From the NCBI GenBank assembly GCA_958296135.2, contig CATQHZ020000001.1, positions 640,001 to 704,000 on the forward strand: a stretch of 64,000 nucleotides of DNA, read 5' to 3'. Source of the DNA: an uncultured Poribacteria bacterium (GTDB taxonomy: Bacteria > Poribacteria > WGA-4E > WGA-3G). A program made the position numbers and the translations under genes. The first letter of the stretch is position 1. Each line of letters opens with the position of its first letter. The notes beneath the pieces are model-generated. The model worked only from the letters and a program-made list of their open reading frames with translations. It had not been told where the DNA came from and made no database searches. Shown piece by piece: positions 18,944 to 28,882 of this stretch.

Positions 18944-19453
18944 CTATACGGTAAACTGCTTGAGCGTGTCGTCATCAAGGTTCTGCAAGAGATCCTTCGG
19001 TTCGCGTTTCTGGGCGCGTTCGAGTTCACTTTCGGGGAACCCGTGGTTTTCGATAACCTTTTCTGCAACGTAAATCGGTGCGTCGCAGCGGAGCGCGAGG
19101 GCAATCGCATCGCTAGGCCGGGCATCGATATCAAACGCCTCGCCGTTCGCCTGCAGATTTACCTGCGCGTAAAAAGTCTGCTCTTCCACATTGTGGACAC
19201 AGATACTGGTTACCTCTCCGTCAAGTGTCTCTATCACCGTTTTGAACAGATCGTGCGTCATTGGGCGGGGAAGCACCAAGTTCTCCAACGACATTTGGAT
19301 GGCACCGGCTTCCGATTCGCCAATCCAGATGAGCAACATGCGCTTGGATGCTCCCTCTTTCTCTTTCATTACGACTATCGGTGCGCCCGAGCTCTGATCG
19401 ATGGTGAGATAGGTTACGTTTACTTCAACCCTAGGCTGTTCATTTTTTTCCAT
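18944..19453 (-). CDS. Bifunctional nuclease (DUF151) family protein
   Basis: IWIGESEA, RPMTHDL, DARPSDAIALA. Confidence 0.9.
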   Translation of the reverse strand: MEKNEQPRVEVNVTYLTIDQSSGAPIVVMKEKEGASKRMLLIWIGESEAGAIQMSLENLVLPRPMTHDLFKTVIETLDGEVTSICVHNVEEQTFYAQVNLQANGEAFDIDARPSDAIALALRCDAPIYVAEKVIENHGFPESELERAQKREPKDLLQNLDDDTLKQFTV

Positions 19454-19513
19454 TTGTGAGTTCCTTCTGATAAACCGTCGCTCCCTTAAAGAATAGCGCG
19501 CGACGACAAGCTA

Positions 19514-19563
19514 TGCATGGCGAGGGACAGTGGACATCTCTGCAGCGAGGCTGCAGAGATGTC
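19514..19563 (-). repeat. 50-bp palindromic repeat, copy of 6281-6330
   Basis: Direct sequence comparison. Confidence 0.85.
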
Positions 19564-19589
19564 AGCGTTTCGGTGTAACGGCCCTCGCC

Positions 19590-21437
19590 CTATGAATCGG
19601 CGGTAGTATCGGAATCTGCTTTGGCGTTGAGTCCGGAAGCGTAATCCCGAACGACCTCGGCAATTTTCCCGGTATCCAGGCCGCTAAAGTCCACAATCTC
19701 CTTGAGCAATGGCAGGGCTGCTCCGGCATTCACAATAGAGCTGAGGATGCGGTTCGCGCCGCCGGCGGTCCCGTTCCCGTTGCTGCCGCCCAAGTCGAGT
19801 ACCCGGATGCTTTCAATCCGTTCCGCGGGTTTCATCAATTCACTGGTGACTTCGGGTAGCGATTCGACGAGTGCCAAGACGGCGTCGCTGACAAGCACCT
19901 GCGGTTCTGCCTTGTTCTTCGCGGTAATTGATGCCTCTTCGCCATCGGCTTTTGCCTGCGCTTCAATCAGTAGGGCGGCGGCGAGAATCTTCTGTGCTTC
20001 CGCTTTGACTTCGGCTGCGGATAATTCCGCTTTTGCGGCTTCAACGACAGCGTATGCTTCAGCATCGGCGGCGCGTTCTTTGGCAATCCGTTCTTCGTCT
20101 GCTTCTTGCTCGGCTCGAATCAGGGCGATCTGGCTTTCACGCTCTGCTTCCTCAATTGCCTCAGCCGTTGTGACTTTCGCCTCTGCCTGCGCCTTCTCTG
20201 CAGAAACTTGCAAGAGCTCAATCAGGGCAGCTTCGCGCGCCTTTTCCTTCATTGAGATCTGGATGGCATTTTCTGCCTGCGCCTCTTTCTCCTCGCGTTC
20301 CTTCTCAATGAGCACAATTCGGCTGGCGATGCTCGCCTGTTCCACGTCGCGTTCCTGCTCAATCTTGGCCTGATCAATGGAGAGGTTCCGCGCAATTTCC
20401 GCCTCTTGGACGCGCTGTTCCTGCTGAACGCGGGCAACATCGATAGCCTGCTTTTGTGAAATCTCGCTTTCTTGCACCTGGCGTTCCTGCTCAATCCGCG
20501 CCGTCTCCAAATTTTGCTTCTGGGTGATCTCGGCGGATTTCACGGCTTCCTCTTGCCGCAGCCGCGCTTCCTCAATGGCTTGCTGCTGCTCAAGTTGATG
20601 CGATTCAATCTCGCGCGCCTGTTCCGCTTTGTTGGTAGCGATTGCCTTTCGCTGTTCCTCCTGCGCGAACTCAAGCCGCCGTTCTACTTCTAGAGCCTGC
20701 GTTTCGGTTTCCTCTTCCCGCTGCTTAATCTCCAACTCCGCTTTGAGCCGGTCTTCCTCGCGTTTGACTTGGTTTTCGTGCTCAATGCGCGCGGTTCGCG
20801 TCTGCCGGTCTTCCACCTCCTGCTTGATAGTCTGGATGGCGACAACGTCAAAGCGGTTATTCTCATCAAGTGCGTCGAGAGGAGTCTGGTCGAGATTCGT
20901 CACGGCGACGCTTTCGAGCTTGAACCCGTTTTGCTCGAGGTCATCGCGGCAGGCTTCCTGAACCTGGTCGGAAAATTCTTGGCGTTTCTCGTGCAGTTCT
21001 TGTAAATCCATAGTTGCGGCGACGCTTCGGAGTACGCCGACGAGTTTCCCCTCCAGCAGTGTGTTCACAGCGGCTGGTGTCAAGGTTTTATCGCCAAGGC
21101 TAGCAACTGCTTTGAGGACATCCTGTTCAAGGGGCTCAATTTTGACATAGAACTGCGCTTCTAAATCGACACGCAGACTGTCTCGGGTAATCAAGGCTGC
21201 TTGCCCGGTGCGTTCCACTGGGAGCTGCATCGTGTTTAACGAGATGAGTTGCGTGGTATTCGTAATTGGATTGATAAGGCTGCCGCCGAAGACAACGCGC
21301 TTCTTGCGGCCTCCGGAAACCACGAGCGCGGAATCGGGAGGTGCCTTTCTATAGAAGGATTTGTAGATAAGCACGAAAATCACGAACAACGCTGCGGTGC
21401 TACCTACAATTGTGAAAAATAGGCTGAGATTCGGCAT
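19590..21437 (-). CDS. Flotillin/SPFH domain protein (YqiK-like)
   Basis: N-terminal TM, LITRDSLRVD, LVGVLRSVAATMDL, long EA-rich coiled coil, KPAERIESIRV. Confidence 0.88.
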   Translation of the reverse strand: MPNLSLFFTIVGSTAALFVIFVLIYKSFYRKAPPDSALVVSGGRKKRVVFGGSLINPITNTTQLISLNTMQLPVERTGQAALITRDSLRVDLEAQFYVKIEPLEQDVLKAVASLGDKTLTPAAVNTLLEGKLVGVLRSVAATMDLQELHEKRQEFSDQVQEACRDDLEQNGFKLESVAVTNLDQTPLDALDENNRFDVVAIQTIKQEVEDRQTRTARIEHENQVKREEDRLKAELEIKQREEETETQALEVERRLEFAQEEQRKAIATNKAEQAREIESHQLEQQQAIEEARLRQEEAVKSAEITQKQNLETARIEQERQVQESEISQKQAIDVARVQQEQRVQEAEIARNLSIDQAKIEQERDVEQASIASRIVLIEKEREEKEAQAENAIQISMKEKAREAALIELLQVSAEKAQAEAKVTTAEAIEEAERESQIALIRAEQEADEERIAKERAADAEAYAVVEAAKAELSAAEVKAEAQKILAAALLIEAQAKADGEEASITAKNKAEPQVLVSDAVLALVESLPEVTSELMKPAERIESIRVLDLGGSNGNGTAGGANRILSSIVNAGAALPLLKEIVDFSGLDTGKIAEVVRDYASGLNAKADSDTTADS

Positions 21438-21491
21438 GAAACTTCCTCCATTGGGCAATTAACTCGGCTTAAAAGAGGGACGCAGCAGACC

Positions 21492-22199
21492 TTATTGCAG
21501 TTCTGCTTCTGCCTTCTTCACATCGAAGATGCGCTTTTCATCGTCATAGTTGACGAGGATGACGGTATCTCCCTTGACAGGATTCACTTCGTCTGTTTTG
21601 ACACGACAATTGACTGTTAAAGCTGGGCCATCAGGAACTTGCACGCGCGCCGTTCCGAAAGTCGTCGTGATTTGGCCGCTAATCACGCGTCCTCTCATGC
21701 CGAGGAGTTGGACATCGGTGATGGCGCGTTCGCTTTCTGGAAATAGTTTTGAAACGCCGAGTGTGAGGTAGCGGGTGCCGATGAAACTACAGAGAAACGC
21801 GATGCCGCAGGATGCCCAAAACCACTTGGGGTTGGCGGCGACGTTGAAGAGCGCGTTCGCGATGAGCCCCGAAATCCCCCACGTCGCGAAGAGCGACATC
21901 AGCACTACCATGAGGGGGACTCTGCCGACGTTCAGGAATCCTAGCACGTCAACGAAAGAACCGCTATGTTCTACTGCATCAGCGTCTGCGTCCACATCAG
22001 CGTCTATGTCTACATCAGCGTCTATGTCCACATCAGCGTCTACATCGACATCTACGTCCATATCAGCATCCACATCAGCGTCTCCAAAATCCATGCCGCC
22101 CATGATGAGGCGGAAGATGGCGAAGATGAAAACGAGCGCGAGCGGTGCGGTAAACCAAACATTGTAATCGACAAGGAGGTAATTGAGATATGCGAGCAT
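21492..22199 (-). CDS. YqiJ/NfeD-like membrane protein with acidic (D-x)n tract
   Basis: LGFLNVGRVPLMV motif, TM helices, C-terminal OB-fold; directly upstream of the flotillin gene. Confidence 0.8.
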   Translation of the reverse strand: MLAYLNYLLVDYNVWFTAPLALVFIFAIFRLIMGGMDFGDADVDADMDVDVDVDADVDIDADVDIDADVDADADAVEHSGSFVDVLGFLNVGRVPLMVVLMSLFATWGISGLIANALFNVAANPKWFWASCGIAFLCSFIGTRYLTLGVSKLFPESERAITDVQLLGMRGRVISGQITTTFGTARVQVPDGPALTVNCRVKTDEVNPVKGDTVILVNYDDEKRIFDVKKAEAELQ

Positions 22200-22233
22200 A
22201 ACATGAGTCGTGCGGCTGTGCCGCGCGCCTCCT

Positions 22234-22614
22234 CTAAGGTTTAATATGTGCGCCGATGTGTGCTTGCACGCGCTTCGCTTCACGGAGCGTGAGATTATCG
22301 AGCCAATGCACGTTTCGCGTTACCTGAATTTCAAGGCGGGCTTGGCCAAAAATCCGATGCCTGAGTCCGCGAACGAGGCGCGCGTCTTCTATCTCCGTGA
22401 AAAGCACATTACACCGAATGTTGGCGTAGGAAACGCTGAGGCTGCCTATCTGCCGTTCGTCCAGCACCAAAAGGCGGTGTGTGGTGACAACGACAAAATC
22501 GGGGCTTAAGAGGGTTGAGCGGCCCAGCGTGAAGAAACAGCCGCGTTCACCAGGCATCAATTCGGCCCGGACCAGGGCTTGGATGCGGCGTGGTAAGTTC
22601 TCAAGAGCATCCAT
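22234..22614 (-). CDS. Hypothetical protein (bacterial PH-domain-like)
   Basis: GGAGGG RBS; LMPGE..VVTTHRLLVL pattern. Confidence 0.55.
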   Translation of the reverse strand: MDALENLPRRIQALVRAELMPGERGCFFTLGRSTLLSPDFVVVTTHRLLVLDERQIGSLSVSYANIRCNVLFTEIEDARLVRGLRHRIFGQARLEIQVTRNVHWLDNLTLREAKRVQAHIGAHIKP

Positions 22615-22688
22615 GTTCCCCTCCGCTATTTTGGCGGTAGACGCGCTTTCAACGCGCGCCTCCGGCAATCTGCCGGTATCATTTTGAA

Positions 22689-23039
22689 TGGAGGTGGCGG
22701 GAGTCGAACCCGCGTCCGAAGGCATTTTAATAGAGGCTACTACATGCTTGTCACAGGATTAAGGTTCGCCTATCAGATGCTCCTATGCTGGCACCTCGGT
22801 AGACTATCTCAAGTAGAGGTTCGCGGTTCGCTTCCTGAGACAATGCGAACGGCTAGCCTGTCTTGCGGCGCTTTAGCTTCCCTGACAGGCGGCAGGTCGG
22901 CCAAGCGTGGCTGCGTTAAGCAGCCAGTGCTAATTCTTCATCAGCAATTATAATTGTTCCGCCAATTTAACGAGGCCTGCGGAGTCCTCGGCATGCAACC
23001 CCATATCTCAACTACCTACGTCGAAACCATTTCACCCCC
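22689..23039 (-). ncRNA. ssrA: tmRNA; tag peptide (A)ADEELALAA
   Basis: 5' GGGGGTGAAATGGTTTCGAC, 3' GACGCGGGTTCGACTCCCGCCACCTCCA; tag ORF 22945-22916; adjacent to smpB. Confidence 0.95.
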
Positions 23040-23088
23040 GACATCCCCGAACCTCCAACGAGGTTTGGGATAGCGTTATAGCCGTGTG

Positions 23089-23550
23089 TTATTGATATGC
23101 CCGCATTTCGCGTGCGACTTCCTCGCGTTCCAGCTGCGCGCGTTTATCGTAAAGTTGTTTGCCGACGGCGACTGCCAACTCCAGTTTCACCTTGCCGTTG
23201 CTAAAATAGGCGCGGGTAGGAACGAGAGTCATCCCCTTTGAACGGATGGCGCGTTCCAACTTGTTGATTTCCTGGCGGTGCAGCAGCAGTTTCCGCTTCC
23301 GCTTCGGCTCATGATTAGCCCTATTGCCTTGCTCATACAGGCCGATGTGCGCCTCGGTCAGAAATATCTCGCCATCGCTAATCTGCGCGTAACTATCTGT
23401 CAGATTCATCTGTCCGGCGCGGATTGCCTTGACTTCTGTCCCTTGCAAGACGATGCCGGCTTCATACCGGTCTCGCAGGTGATAATCGTGCCGTGCCTTC
23501 CGATTGACAGTAATTACCGGGTTCTGCGTAGAATTTTTGCGATTTTTCAT
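23089..23550 (-). CDS. smpB: SsrA-binding protein
   Basis: NRKARHDY, EAGIVLQGTEVK, RKLLLH, GKQLYDKR. Confidence 0.95.
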   Translation of the reverse strand: MKNRKNSTQNPVITVNRKARHDYHLRDRYEAGIVLQGTEVKAIRAGQMNLTDSYAQISDGEIFLTEAHIGLYEQGNRANHEPKRKRKLLLHRQEINKLERAIRSKGMTLVPTRAYFSNGKVKLELAVAVGKQLYDKRAQLEREEVAREMRAYQ

Positions 23551-23581
23551 AATTTTTGGCAATTTTGCGACGTTTGTATCA

Positions 23582-23611
23582 ATTATACCACAAAATTAAC
23601 CCCTAGGTCAA
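23582..23611 (-). promoter_or_regulatory. Sigma70 promoter TTGACC-N18-TATAAT for smpB-ssrA
   Basis: Near-consensus hexamers with TG extension. Confidence 0.6.
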
Positions 23612-23655
23612 GAAAAAATTCAAATAATTCACAAAATAAGGTTCGCGCGTCGCGT

Positions 23656-24522
23656 TTACCGCAGCGTTTTCTCAAACTCTTTCAACAAATTCCGTTGTCG
23701 CCGCGAGAGTGATTTGGGGACTTCCACAACCAAGCGCACCCGCAAATCGCCTTTTCGGCCGGCGGCATCCGTAATCCCTTGTCCGCGTAGCCGTAGCTGC
23801 TGTTCCGGCTGCGCTCCCGCCGGTACTTTAAGTTCCACCTCGCCGGTCACTTTTTGGATGCGTATGCTCCCGCCTAACGCTGCGGTTGTCATCGGAATCG
23901 TTACATCTGTTACCAGATCGAGCCCGTCTCGTGTCAACGTCGGGTGCGGTTGGACAGCTATCTGAACGAGCAGATTGCCTGCTTCCCCTCGGCTGTGCGT
24001 TTGTCCGTGTCCGCGAATCCGCAAGGTTTGTCCATCCTTAATGCCTGCTGGGATTTTAAGGGTGATGTTTTTGCCTTGGACGCGGACATTCTTCTCCGCG
24101 CCGAGTACCGATTCTGCGAAGGTAATGGTGAGATTGATGCGGACATCTCGGCCGCGCGGTGGTGTGGGTTCGCGTCGCTGCGGGCCGAACACATCGCCGA
24201 ATGCATCGCTGAAGCCACCGAAGCCGCCGCGCCCGAAAACATCGTTCAGGTTTAAGTTCGCGAAGATATCGTCCATATTGGCGTATCCCTCGAACCCCAT
24301 TCCGTGGACACCGGCGTGGCCGCGCGTATCGTAGACGCGCCGCTTCTCGGCATCGGACAAGACAGAATACGCGTTGGATGCCTCCTTGAATTTCTCCTCG
24401 GCGGCTTTGTCACCGGGATTCTTGTCCGGATGGTACTGGACTGCGAGTTTGCGATACGCTTTTTTGATTTCGTCCGGCGTGGCGTTCCGGGCCACACCGA
24501 GTATCTCGTAGTAGTCTCTCAT
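23656..24522 (-). CDS. DnaJ-class chaperone without zinc finger (CbpA-like)
   Basis: J domain with HPD, G/F-rich linker, DnaJ C-terminal domains, no CxxCxGxG repeats. Confidence 0.88.
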   Translation of the reverse strand: MRDYYEILGVARNATPDEIKKAYRKLAVQYHPDKNPGDKAAEEKFKEASNAYSVLSDAEKRRVYDTRGHAGVHGMGFEGYANMDDIFANLNLNDVFGRGGFGGFSDAFGDVFGPQRREPTPPRGRDVRINLTITFAESVLGAEKNVRVQGKNITLKIPAGIKDGQTLRIRGHGQTHSRGEAGNLLVQIAVQPHPTLTRDGLDLVTDVTIPMTTAALGGSIRIQKVTGEVELKVPAGAQPEQQLRLRGQGITDAAGRKGDLRVRLVVEVPKSLSRRQRNLLKEFEKTLR

Positions 24523-24582
24523 AGTGTGTTAAAGGCGGCGTATTGTCAATCTATGCTCCAGAAGAGCGCGGACAAAGCGCGC

Positions 24583-25695
24583 CTACAGCAGTGCACACAA
24601 CTCAGTTACGGTTGCAGTGCTTTCATACTGTTTGACGAGGGTAACTCCGAATTCGAGGGCGGCGGTTTCTGCCTGCAATTTTCGTTGCGCATCCAAAATT
24701 CCCTCAATGTCCTTAACATGCGCCGCGCCGATGAGCCGCCGCAAAACCTCCATGCCAGCAAATCCGGCCGCGGTGTGAAAAATGTGCTGTAACGTATCCG
24801 TTTTTCCACCGGCTTTAAATTCCGCTGCATAACTCTCCCACGTCCGAACGAGTGCGGTTTTGAGTTGCGCTTGCACGGCGGCGGTGCCGGTATGCGAGAA
24901 ATAGGATAAGCAGTAGTTCGCCCAGAACAGCCCGATATCAAAACCGACGGGCCCGTAAAACGCGAATTCTGCATCGATGATCTTCGCCGAATCGCCGTGC
25001 ACCATGACGCTTCCGGTGTGCAAGTCTCCATGAGTCACGCCCAGTTGTTCAGTCAGGAAGATGGACTTGAGCGCGCGCGCCTTTTGCAAAAACGCTTCAT
25101 CCGTTTTCAGTTGCGCAACCTTATCCGCCAATCCCGGCGTGTAGAAGTTGGTTTCGTGCTCCGTAAAAGGCAAGGTGAAGACATAGTCCGCCGTTATCGC
25201 CTGCATCTCTGTGTTATCAAAATGTTTTCGATAATGCGCTGCCTGCTCGGCGCGGGTTTCGCGATGCACACGCCCTAGAAATGTGCCTATCTGTGCCGGT
25301 ATCGCCGGATTGACGTTCCCCGCGATGAGCGCGTCTCGCAATAAATGGTAACCGCCCAGGTCTTCCATGACGATGACAGCGTTTTCTGCGTCAAAATAGT
25401 GCGGCGCGGGGGCGGCCCCCGCTGCCAACTGATGGTAGACTTCGAGCGTCCGGCATTCGTATGTCAAGCGTTGTGTCGTCAACGGGTACGCCGGCCCTAA
25501 AATCTTAATGTAGGGTGGTGCTTGCTTGATAATGAGCGAGCACCTCGGGTCCGCTGCGTCGAACACCCGATAGACGAAATTCAGGTTGCCATCGCCTATT
25601 TCCTCGGCGATGAGTTCAGCATCTGCATCGAAGAGAGCGATATCGGCGTGGCGTTCTTGAAGGTAACGCGGTATGGTGTCCTTGTTAAGTTCCAT
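24583..25695 (-). CDS. mtnK: S-methyl-5-thioribose kinase
   Basis: EIGDGNLNFV, KQAPPY, HGDLHTGS, IDAEFAFYGP. Confidence 0.9.
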   Translation of the reverse strand: MELNKDTIPRYLQERHADIALFDADAELIAEEIGDGNLNFVYRVFDAADPRCSLIIKQAPPYIKILGPAYPLTTQRLTYECRTLEVYHQLAAGAAPAPHYFDAENAVIVMEDLGGYHLLRDALIAGNVNPAIPAQIGTFLGRVHRETRAEQAAHYRKHFDNTEMQAITADYVFTLPFTEHETNFYTPGLADKVAQLKTDEAFLQKARALKSIFLTEQLGVTHGDLHTGSVMVHGDSAKIIDAEFAFYGPVGFDIGLFWANYCLSYFSHTGTAAVQAQLKTALVRTWESYAAEFKAGGKTDTLQHIFHTAAGFAGMEVLRRLIGAAHVKDIEGILDAQRKLQAETAALEFGVTLVKQYESTATVTELCALL

Positions 25696-25814
25696 CTTTT
25701 GTTCAGCACAGTGGGTGGATATGGGCATCCGCCCTTACGCTCTTCTCCACAGCCCGCGGCCCGTAGCGCGAGGGAAAACCTGTCCCTCGCGAATCCCTGG
25801 CCAAGAAGAACTAC

Positions 25815-26816
25815 TTAGCACAACAGGTTCTCGGCAATCTGAATAGCGTTCAACGCCGCGCCCTTGCGCAGATTGTCGGCGACTACCCACAGGTTCAAGC
25901 CGTTCTTAATCGATGCGTCGTCGCGGATGCGGCCGACATACACGTCATCCTTCCCGGCGGCATCCACGGCGAGTGGGTATTTCAAATTGCCCGGGTCATC
26001 GATTAACGTCACGCCGGGTGCATGGGCGAGGCATTCGCGCGCTTGCGCCGGTGTGAGTTTTTCGTGTGTTTCCACGTTAATCGATTCGGAGTGTGCGTAG
26101 AAAACCGGCACGCGGACTGTTGTCACCGAGACACCGATAGTCTCATCGTCAAGAATTTTCCGGGTCTCGTTCACCATTTTCAGTTCTTCTTCGCTATCGC
26201 CGCTGTCGGTGAAGGGCCAATCAAAAGCGACATTGAAGGCCATTTGATGCGGGAACAGTTCTAAGTCAATGGGTTTTCCTTGCAACGCCGACGTAGTCTG
26301 CCGGACGAGTTCCATCACGGCGCGCCCACTTTTGCCGGAGACGCTCTGGTACGTAGAGACGACAATCCGTTTGATGCCGGCAGCGTCGTAAATCGGTTTG
26401 AGTGCCACCATCATCTGGATGGTGGAGCAGTTGGGATTGGCGATGAGCCCGTTATGTTTCCGGGCGGCATCCATGTTCACCTCTGGCACGACGAGCGGTG
26501 TGTCTGCGTCCATGCGGAACGCGCTCGTATTATCAACGACTAACGCGCCGTTTTCTACCGCGGTCGGGATGAATTTTCGGCTCACCGTCGCCCCCGCGGA
26601 CGAGAAAACCACGTCAATGTCGCCGAACGAGTCGTGCGTTACTTCCTCAACGATGATATGTTCATCTTTGAAGGTTATAATTTCGCCGGCAGACCGGTGC
26701 GATGCCAGCAGTTTGAGTGAAGCGATGGGGAAATGCCGCGCCGCTAACAGTTCCAACAACGTATTGCCTACCGCGCCTGTTGCACCGACAATCGCAACAC
26801 GATAACTCTCACGCAT
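25815..26816 (-). CDS. asd: Aspartate-semialdehyde dehydrogenase
   Basis: GATGAVG, NPNCSTIQ, DNLRKGAALNA. Confidence 0.95.
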   Translation of the reverse strand: MRESYRVAIVGATGAVGNTLLELLAARHFPIASLKLLASHRSAGEIITFKDEHIIVEEVTHDSFGDIDVVFSSAGATVSRKFIPTAVENGALVVDNTSAFRMDADTPLVVPEVNMDAARKHNGLIANPNCSTIQMMVALKPIYDAAGIKRIVVSTYQSVSGKSGRAVMELVRQTTSALQGKPIDLELFPHQMAFNVAFDWPFTDSGDSEEELKMVNETRKILDDETIGVSVTTVRVPVFYAHSESINVETHEKLTPAQARECLAHAPGVTLIDDPGNLKYPLAVDAAGKDDVYVGRIRDDASIKNGLNLWVVADNLRKGAALNAIQIAENLLC

Positions 26817-27098
26817 TTCTGATATTTTCCTCCTCATGGGAACAGATTTTTTTATCTTTGGCTGCTCTCGCTCGCAATTTGCAGCGCAAAAGTCTACCTA
26901 AAGTGCATTATACCAAATCGGCATAAGTTACGCGTCTAACCAGACGCATCAACGTCATTGAGTATTATACCATAAATAGGCGCGTTAAGCAAACATTTTG
27001 TTGGGGTGCGTGTTAAATGCCGGCATTTGAAAAAATCGCACGAAAAAATAAAAGATAACGAATTTTACCCTGCTGCTGGCGTTTCTTTGCAAAAATAG

Positions 27099-27127
27099 TT
27101 GACAAATTGCGAAAAATATGGTATTAT
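27099..27127 (+). promoter_or_regulatory. Sigma70 promoter TTGACA-N17-TATTAT for hup
   Basis: Hexamers in an AT-rich intergenic region. Confidence 0.6.
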
Positions 27128-27239
27128 TTTTAGGACGCTTATGATATGAGCGCACTTTAACTTGAAATACCTATATTTGTATAGTATAATATAGTTACTG
27201 TGAGTTTGAGTTAAATTTATTTTTAAAGAGGAATTTAAC

Positions 27240-27521
27240 ATGGCTAAATTAATGAAAGGCGACCTCGTGAGCAATGTTGCTGAGCAGACTGGGCTCGGCA
27301 AGAAAGCAGCGAATGCTGCCGTTGACGCAGTTGTCGCGACTATTCAGGGAGCCTTAAGTAACGGTGATTCCGTTGCGCTAATTGGTTTCGGAACTTTTGA
27401 AGTGAGGACGCGGTCTGCCCGCAGGGGCCGCAACCTGCACACCGGTGAGACGATGGACATTCCCGCGAAGAAGGTCCCCGCGTTTAAAGCCGGCAAGAAG
27501 CTCCGGGATGCCGTCGCCTAA
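27240..27521 (+). CDS. hup: DNA-binding protein HU
   Basis: [25 protein letters not shown]. Confidence 0.93.
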   Translation: MAKLMKGDLVSNVAEQTGLGKKAANAAVDAVVATIQGALSNGDSVALIGFGTFEVRTRSARRGRNLHTGETMDIPAKKVPAFKAGKKLRDAVA

Positions 27522-27587
27522 TTTAGGCGGCGCGGCTCGCGCAGTTTGCAGGCATTCTTCGCTTGCAACTTACGACGCTAATGCGTG

Positions 27588-27643
27588 AAAGCCGCGGGGG
27601 TGTTCTTCGTTTTCATGAGGGAACCCTTGCGGCTTTTTTGTTT
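27588..27643 (+). terminator. Probable rho-independent terminator after hup
   Basis: aaagccgc...gcggcttt stem followed by a T-run. Confidence 0.6.
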
Positions 27644-27738
27644 TGGAAAATAGTGCTGCAATATGCTAATATATTTGATAATGCGCGTTGTGCCATTTGG
27701 GGTGCAACACATTTTTGTCCCTAGTCAGGAGCATCGTC

Positions 27739-28791
27739 ATGTTAATCCGAACCAGAGCCCCGGTCCGCATCGACTTCGCGGGGGGATGGAGCGATGTGGC
27801 CCTCTTTACTGAAGCGTCTAAGGGGCTCGTCGTCAACGGGGCCATTAACCGGTACGCTTACGCCACGCTCGTCTGTGCCAGCCAAGCGCAGCATCCGGAC
27901 TCGGTTGAGCTCCAGCGTATCCTCGATAAAAGCATTCGCATCTATTCCGCCGATTTTGATACCTTCATCGAGGCGGAAGATGTGCGCCAATTGGAATACG
28001 ATGGCAACATCGATCTTGTGAAAGCGGCGGTGCGGCAGATGTCCATCCAAATCGGTGGCTTCGATTTAATTACGCAGTCCACGGTGCCGCCGGGTAGTGG
28101 GCTCGGCACCTCCGCGGCGATGGGTGTCGCGCTCATCGGTGTGCTTGGCGCGCTGAAGGACGTAACCTACCTCCCGTATCAGTATGCCGAACTCGCCAGC
28201 ACCATCGAACGGCATCAGCTCGGCATCCTCGGCGGCAAGCAGGACCATTATGCCAGTGCCATCGGCGGTATCAACTTCATGGAGTTTCGGGGTGAAGAGG
28301 TGAAAACGTCATCTTTAAGAATCCCGCCGCACATCCGTTATGAATTGGAAAAGAATCTCGTGCTGTGCTACACCGGGCAATCGCGGCTCTCTGGGAATAT
28401 CCATCAGAACGTAACACACGCCTATAAAAGCGGCGAACCGAGCATTCGGGAGGCGTTGGAGAACCTGAAATCCATCGCTGAAGCGACGAAAACCGCGCTG
28501 ATTCGTGGCCGTTTAGCAGACTTCGGCGAGCTGCTGACAGAAAATTGGCACAATCAGAAAAAACTGCATGCCTCTGTCACGAGCGAACAAATAGATGCAC
28601 TCTTTCAGATTGCGCGGGCGCACGGCGCGATTGGCGGAAAAGCGTGCGGGGCAGGCGGTGGCGGATGTATCCTTTTTTACTGCCAGCCGACGCGCGAGCA
28701 TAGTGTGCGGCAGAAACTTGAAGAAGCCGGCACCCGAATTATTGACTTTAACTTTGATGCTGACGGCATCCAGATGTGGCACGCCGAGTGA
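27739..28791 (+). CDS. GHMP-family sugar kinase (HddA-like)
   Basis: APVRIDFAGGWSD, PPGSGLGTS, GGKQD, GAGGGG. Confidence 0.85.
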   Translation: MLIRTRAPVRIDFAGGWSDVALFTEASKGLVVNGAINRYAYATLVCASQAQHPDSVELQRILDKSIRIYSADFDTFIEAEDVRQLEYDGNIDLVKAAVRQMSIQIGGFDLITQSTVPPGSGLGTSAAMGVALIGVLGALKDVTYLPYQYAELASTIERHQLGILGGKQDHYASAIGGINFMEFRGEEVKTSSLRIPPHIRYELEKNLVLCYTGQSRLSGNIHQNVTHAYKSGEPSIREALENLKSIAEATKTALIRGRLADFGELLTENWHNQKKLHASVTSEQIDALFQIARAHGAIGGKACGAGGGGCILFYCQPTREHSVRQKLEEAGTRIIDFNFDADGIQMWHAE

Positions 28792-28882
28792 TGCGTCAAC
28801 CTTATCCAAGGGACCGCCGCGCAGCCGATACTCAAAGGCGTTCTCCCTGCCAAGACAAACCGAGGAAAAAATAAGGAACGAC

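Noticed and set aside
21975-22085. Tandem repeat encoding the DADVD tract
   Set aside because: Acidic low-complexity tracts are normal in YqiJ/NfeD-like proteins
22689-23039. tmRNA (and tRNA-Pro at 41313) as an integration site
   Set aside because: I saw no duplicated 3' end and no integrase nearby
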